The position numbers were made by a program, and so were the translations under genes. Positions 62,810 to 64,000 of a DNA stretch of 64,000 nt are shown here, in pieces. The notes under the pieces are model-generated. The model ran no database searches and had not been told where the DNA came from. It worked only from the letters and a program-made list of their open reading frames with translations. The stretch covers positions 19,964,001-20,028,000 of the forward strand of contig CM022670.1 in NCBI GenBank assembly GCA_012295275.1. Reading direction: 5' to 3'. Numbering within the stretch: position 1 is the first letter of the stretch; every line of letters begins with the position of its first letter. This DNA comes from Chrysomallon squamiferum (taxonomy: Eukaryota; Animalia; Mollusca).

Positions 62810-63981
62810 ACAGTTAAGTATGAATTAGATTTTGGTGATGTAATTCTAAACTAATGGTAATTTTAGATATTTAATTTTACTCACCTGTTCAAAACTTTTG
62901 TTGTTGATTTTGGTTGATGCAGCATATAATAATTTGATTGCCATACATCTGACAGCTGGTGCAGACTGTATGCATTATTCACATCAGGCTAAGTTTTGTA
63001 AATTATAGAGCATATGTCATAGAGGAGTGGCTGTAGGCCATAAAGTATAAATTATAAACAGCCTTTATGAAATGTAAACATAATGGCACCTGTACTTAAA
63101 AATATATTTTTATTGTTTTAGATCAATTATATTCATTTATTTATTCATTTATTATTTTTTTTACATATATAATTCTCATGTTATATAGGAAATAGGCCCC
63201 CTATAACACGAACGAATAAAATAATTTTTAATATTTTCTTATTAACAGGTCTTGCTCAGTGTTCAGAACTGTGTTGGCAGTTAAGAGGGTTAGCAGGTAA
63301 ACGGCAGGTGAAAAACGCAAAATTGGCTTTGCAGCACAATATTGGTCTTGGGGGAGCAGCAGTAGTTACTATTTATAGAATGGGTTTTCCAGAATATCAA
63401 AGGTGAGAATACAACAACAAGAACATGATGCTTTAAAAAAATAATTTTTATTTATATATGTATATATTCTGTGTATAGAGTTTTAGTACATTTTGTATTA
63501 TTTACATCTGAAAAAAACAAAATTATAAAAAATTAAATAAAGAATTGTTAAAGCCTTAGTTATTGAGTTCTTATATTTAGGGCACAGTAAATGGATTTTA
63601 ATAAAAATTAAAGGTAAATTTATATATTCCATTTTATTCATGGTTCATTAAAAATTGTGTATTGGTGTCAAATTTTGAAAGTTTTTTTTTTAATTTTTAA
63701 TATTTAAAAAGTATATATATGTTGTTTAACTTTTTTTTTTATTTTTTTTTATTTTGTGGTTTGTTTCCCCCCAATCCAAATAATTGCTAGAAAAAAAAAC
63801 AAAAAAAACTCAACAACAAACAATAATGATATTTTATTATAATAAGATAGTTTTATTTTAATTTTTTAAAATTATTTTATTTAGAGCCAAAATAACAAAT
63901 GTAGGTGTTAGTGCTTCTGTGAAAGAGGAAGACTTTAAGTCTGTCAAGATATTCAGCATGATCAAAGATGCATTTAACAGT
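53363..63981 (+). CDS. SCP2: Sterol carrier protein X / non-specific lipid-transfer protein (peroxisomal thiolase), 3'-partial, apparent frameshift in exon 9
   Basis: Exons 53363-53413, 53913-53970, 54686-54757, 55214-55278, 55490-55553, 55743-55807, 56123-56249, 56658-56721, 57147-57231, 57368-57518, 58054-58105, 59227-59322, 60820-60927, 63249-63402, 63885-63981. Motifs [26 protein letters not shown] (catalytic Cys), [50 protein letters not shown] identify the SCP2-type thiolase. The gene continues past 64000. Confidence 0.93.
58243..58873 (-). mobile_element. Internally deleted hAT transposon with transposase dimerisation-domain remnant, in SCP2 intron
   Basis: TIRs CAGGATTCAAGCTAG and CAGGGTTCATCCTAG (12/15 match); minus-strand remnant [36 protein letters not shown] fits the hATC (ZNF862-like) motif; upstream frame broken; no clean TSD. 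Confidence 0.85.
61260..61315. repeat. (TTA)n-(TAG)n microsatellite
   Basis: Visible TAG run. Confidence 0.9.
62762..62805. repeat. (CA)n microsatellite
   Basis: Visible CA run. Confidence 0.95.
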
Positions 63982-64000
63982 GTAAGGAGTTTTTTTCACA

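Overview
AT-rich, intron-rich animal genomic DNA, probably a lophotrochozoan such as a mollusc (inferred from composition, (ATT)n/(CATA)n/(CA)n microsatellites and CCHC knuckles in Vasa; not proven). I reconstructed four spliced genes by hand from splice sites and reading-frame phase: (1) vasa/DDX4 on + (596-6892, 5' end outside the window, 14 exons, four CCHC knuckles each on its own exon); (2) LEXM/CIMAP2 (C1orf177-like ciliary PGPG-repeat protein) on - (11882-18472, 10 exons, ~419 aa); (3) Nipped-B-like cohesin loader on - (22096-45557, 49 coding exons, ~2087 aa, plus a likely 5'UTR exon near 47342); (4) SCP2/SCPx peroxisomal thiolase on + (53363 to beyond the window end). Introns carry several non-autonomous DNA transposons. 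The best observations are decayed zinc-knuckle pseudo-exons in a vasa intron, an apparent 2-nt frameshift in SCP2 exon 9, two GC-AG introns, a hairpin downstream of vasa that masks a splice acceptor, a candidate NIPBL microexon, and possible ancient linkage of the four genes. I see no support for a wholly new multi-gene system.
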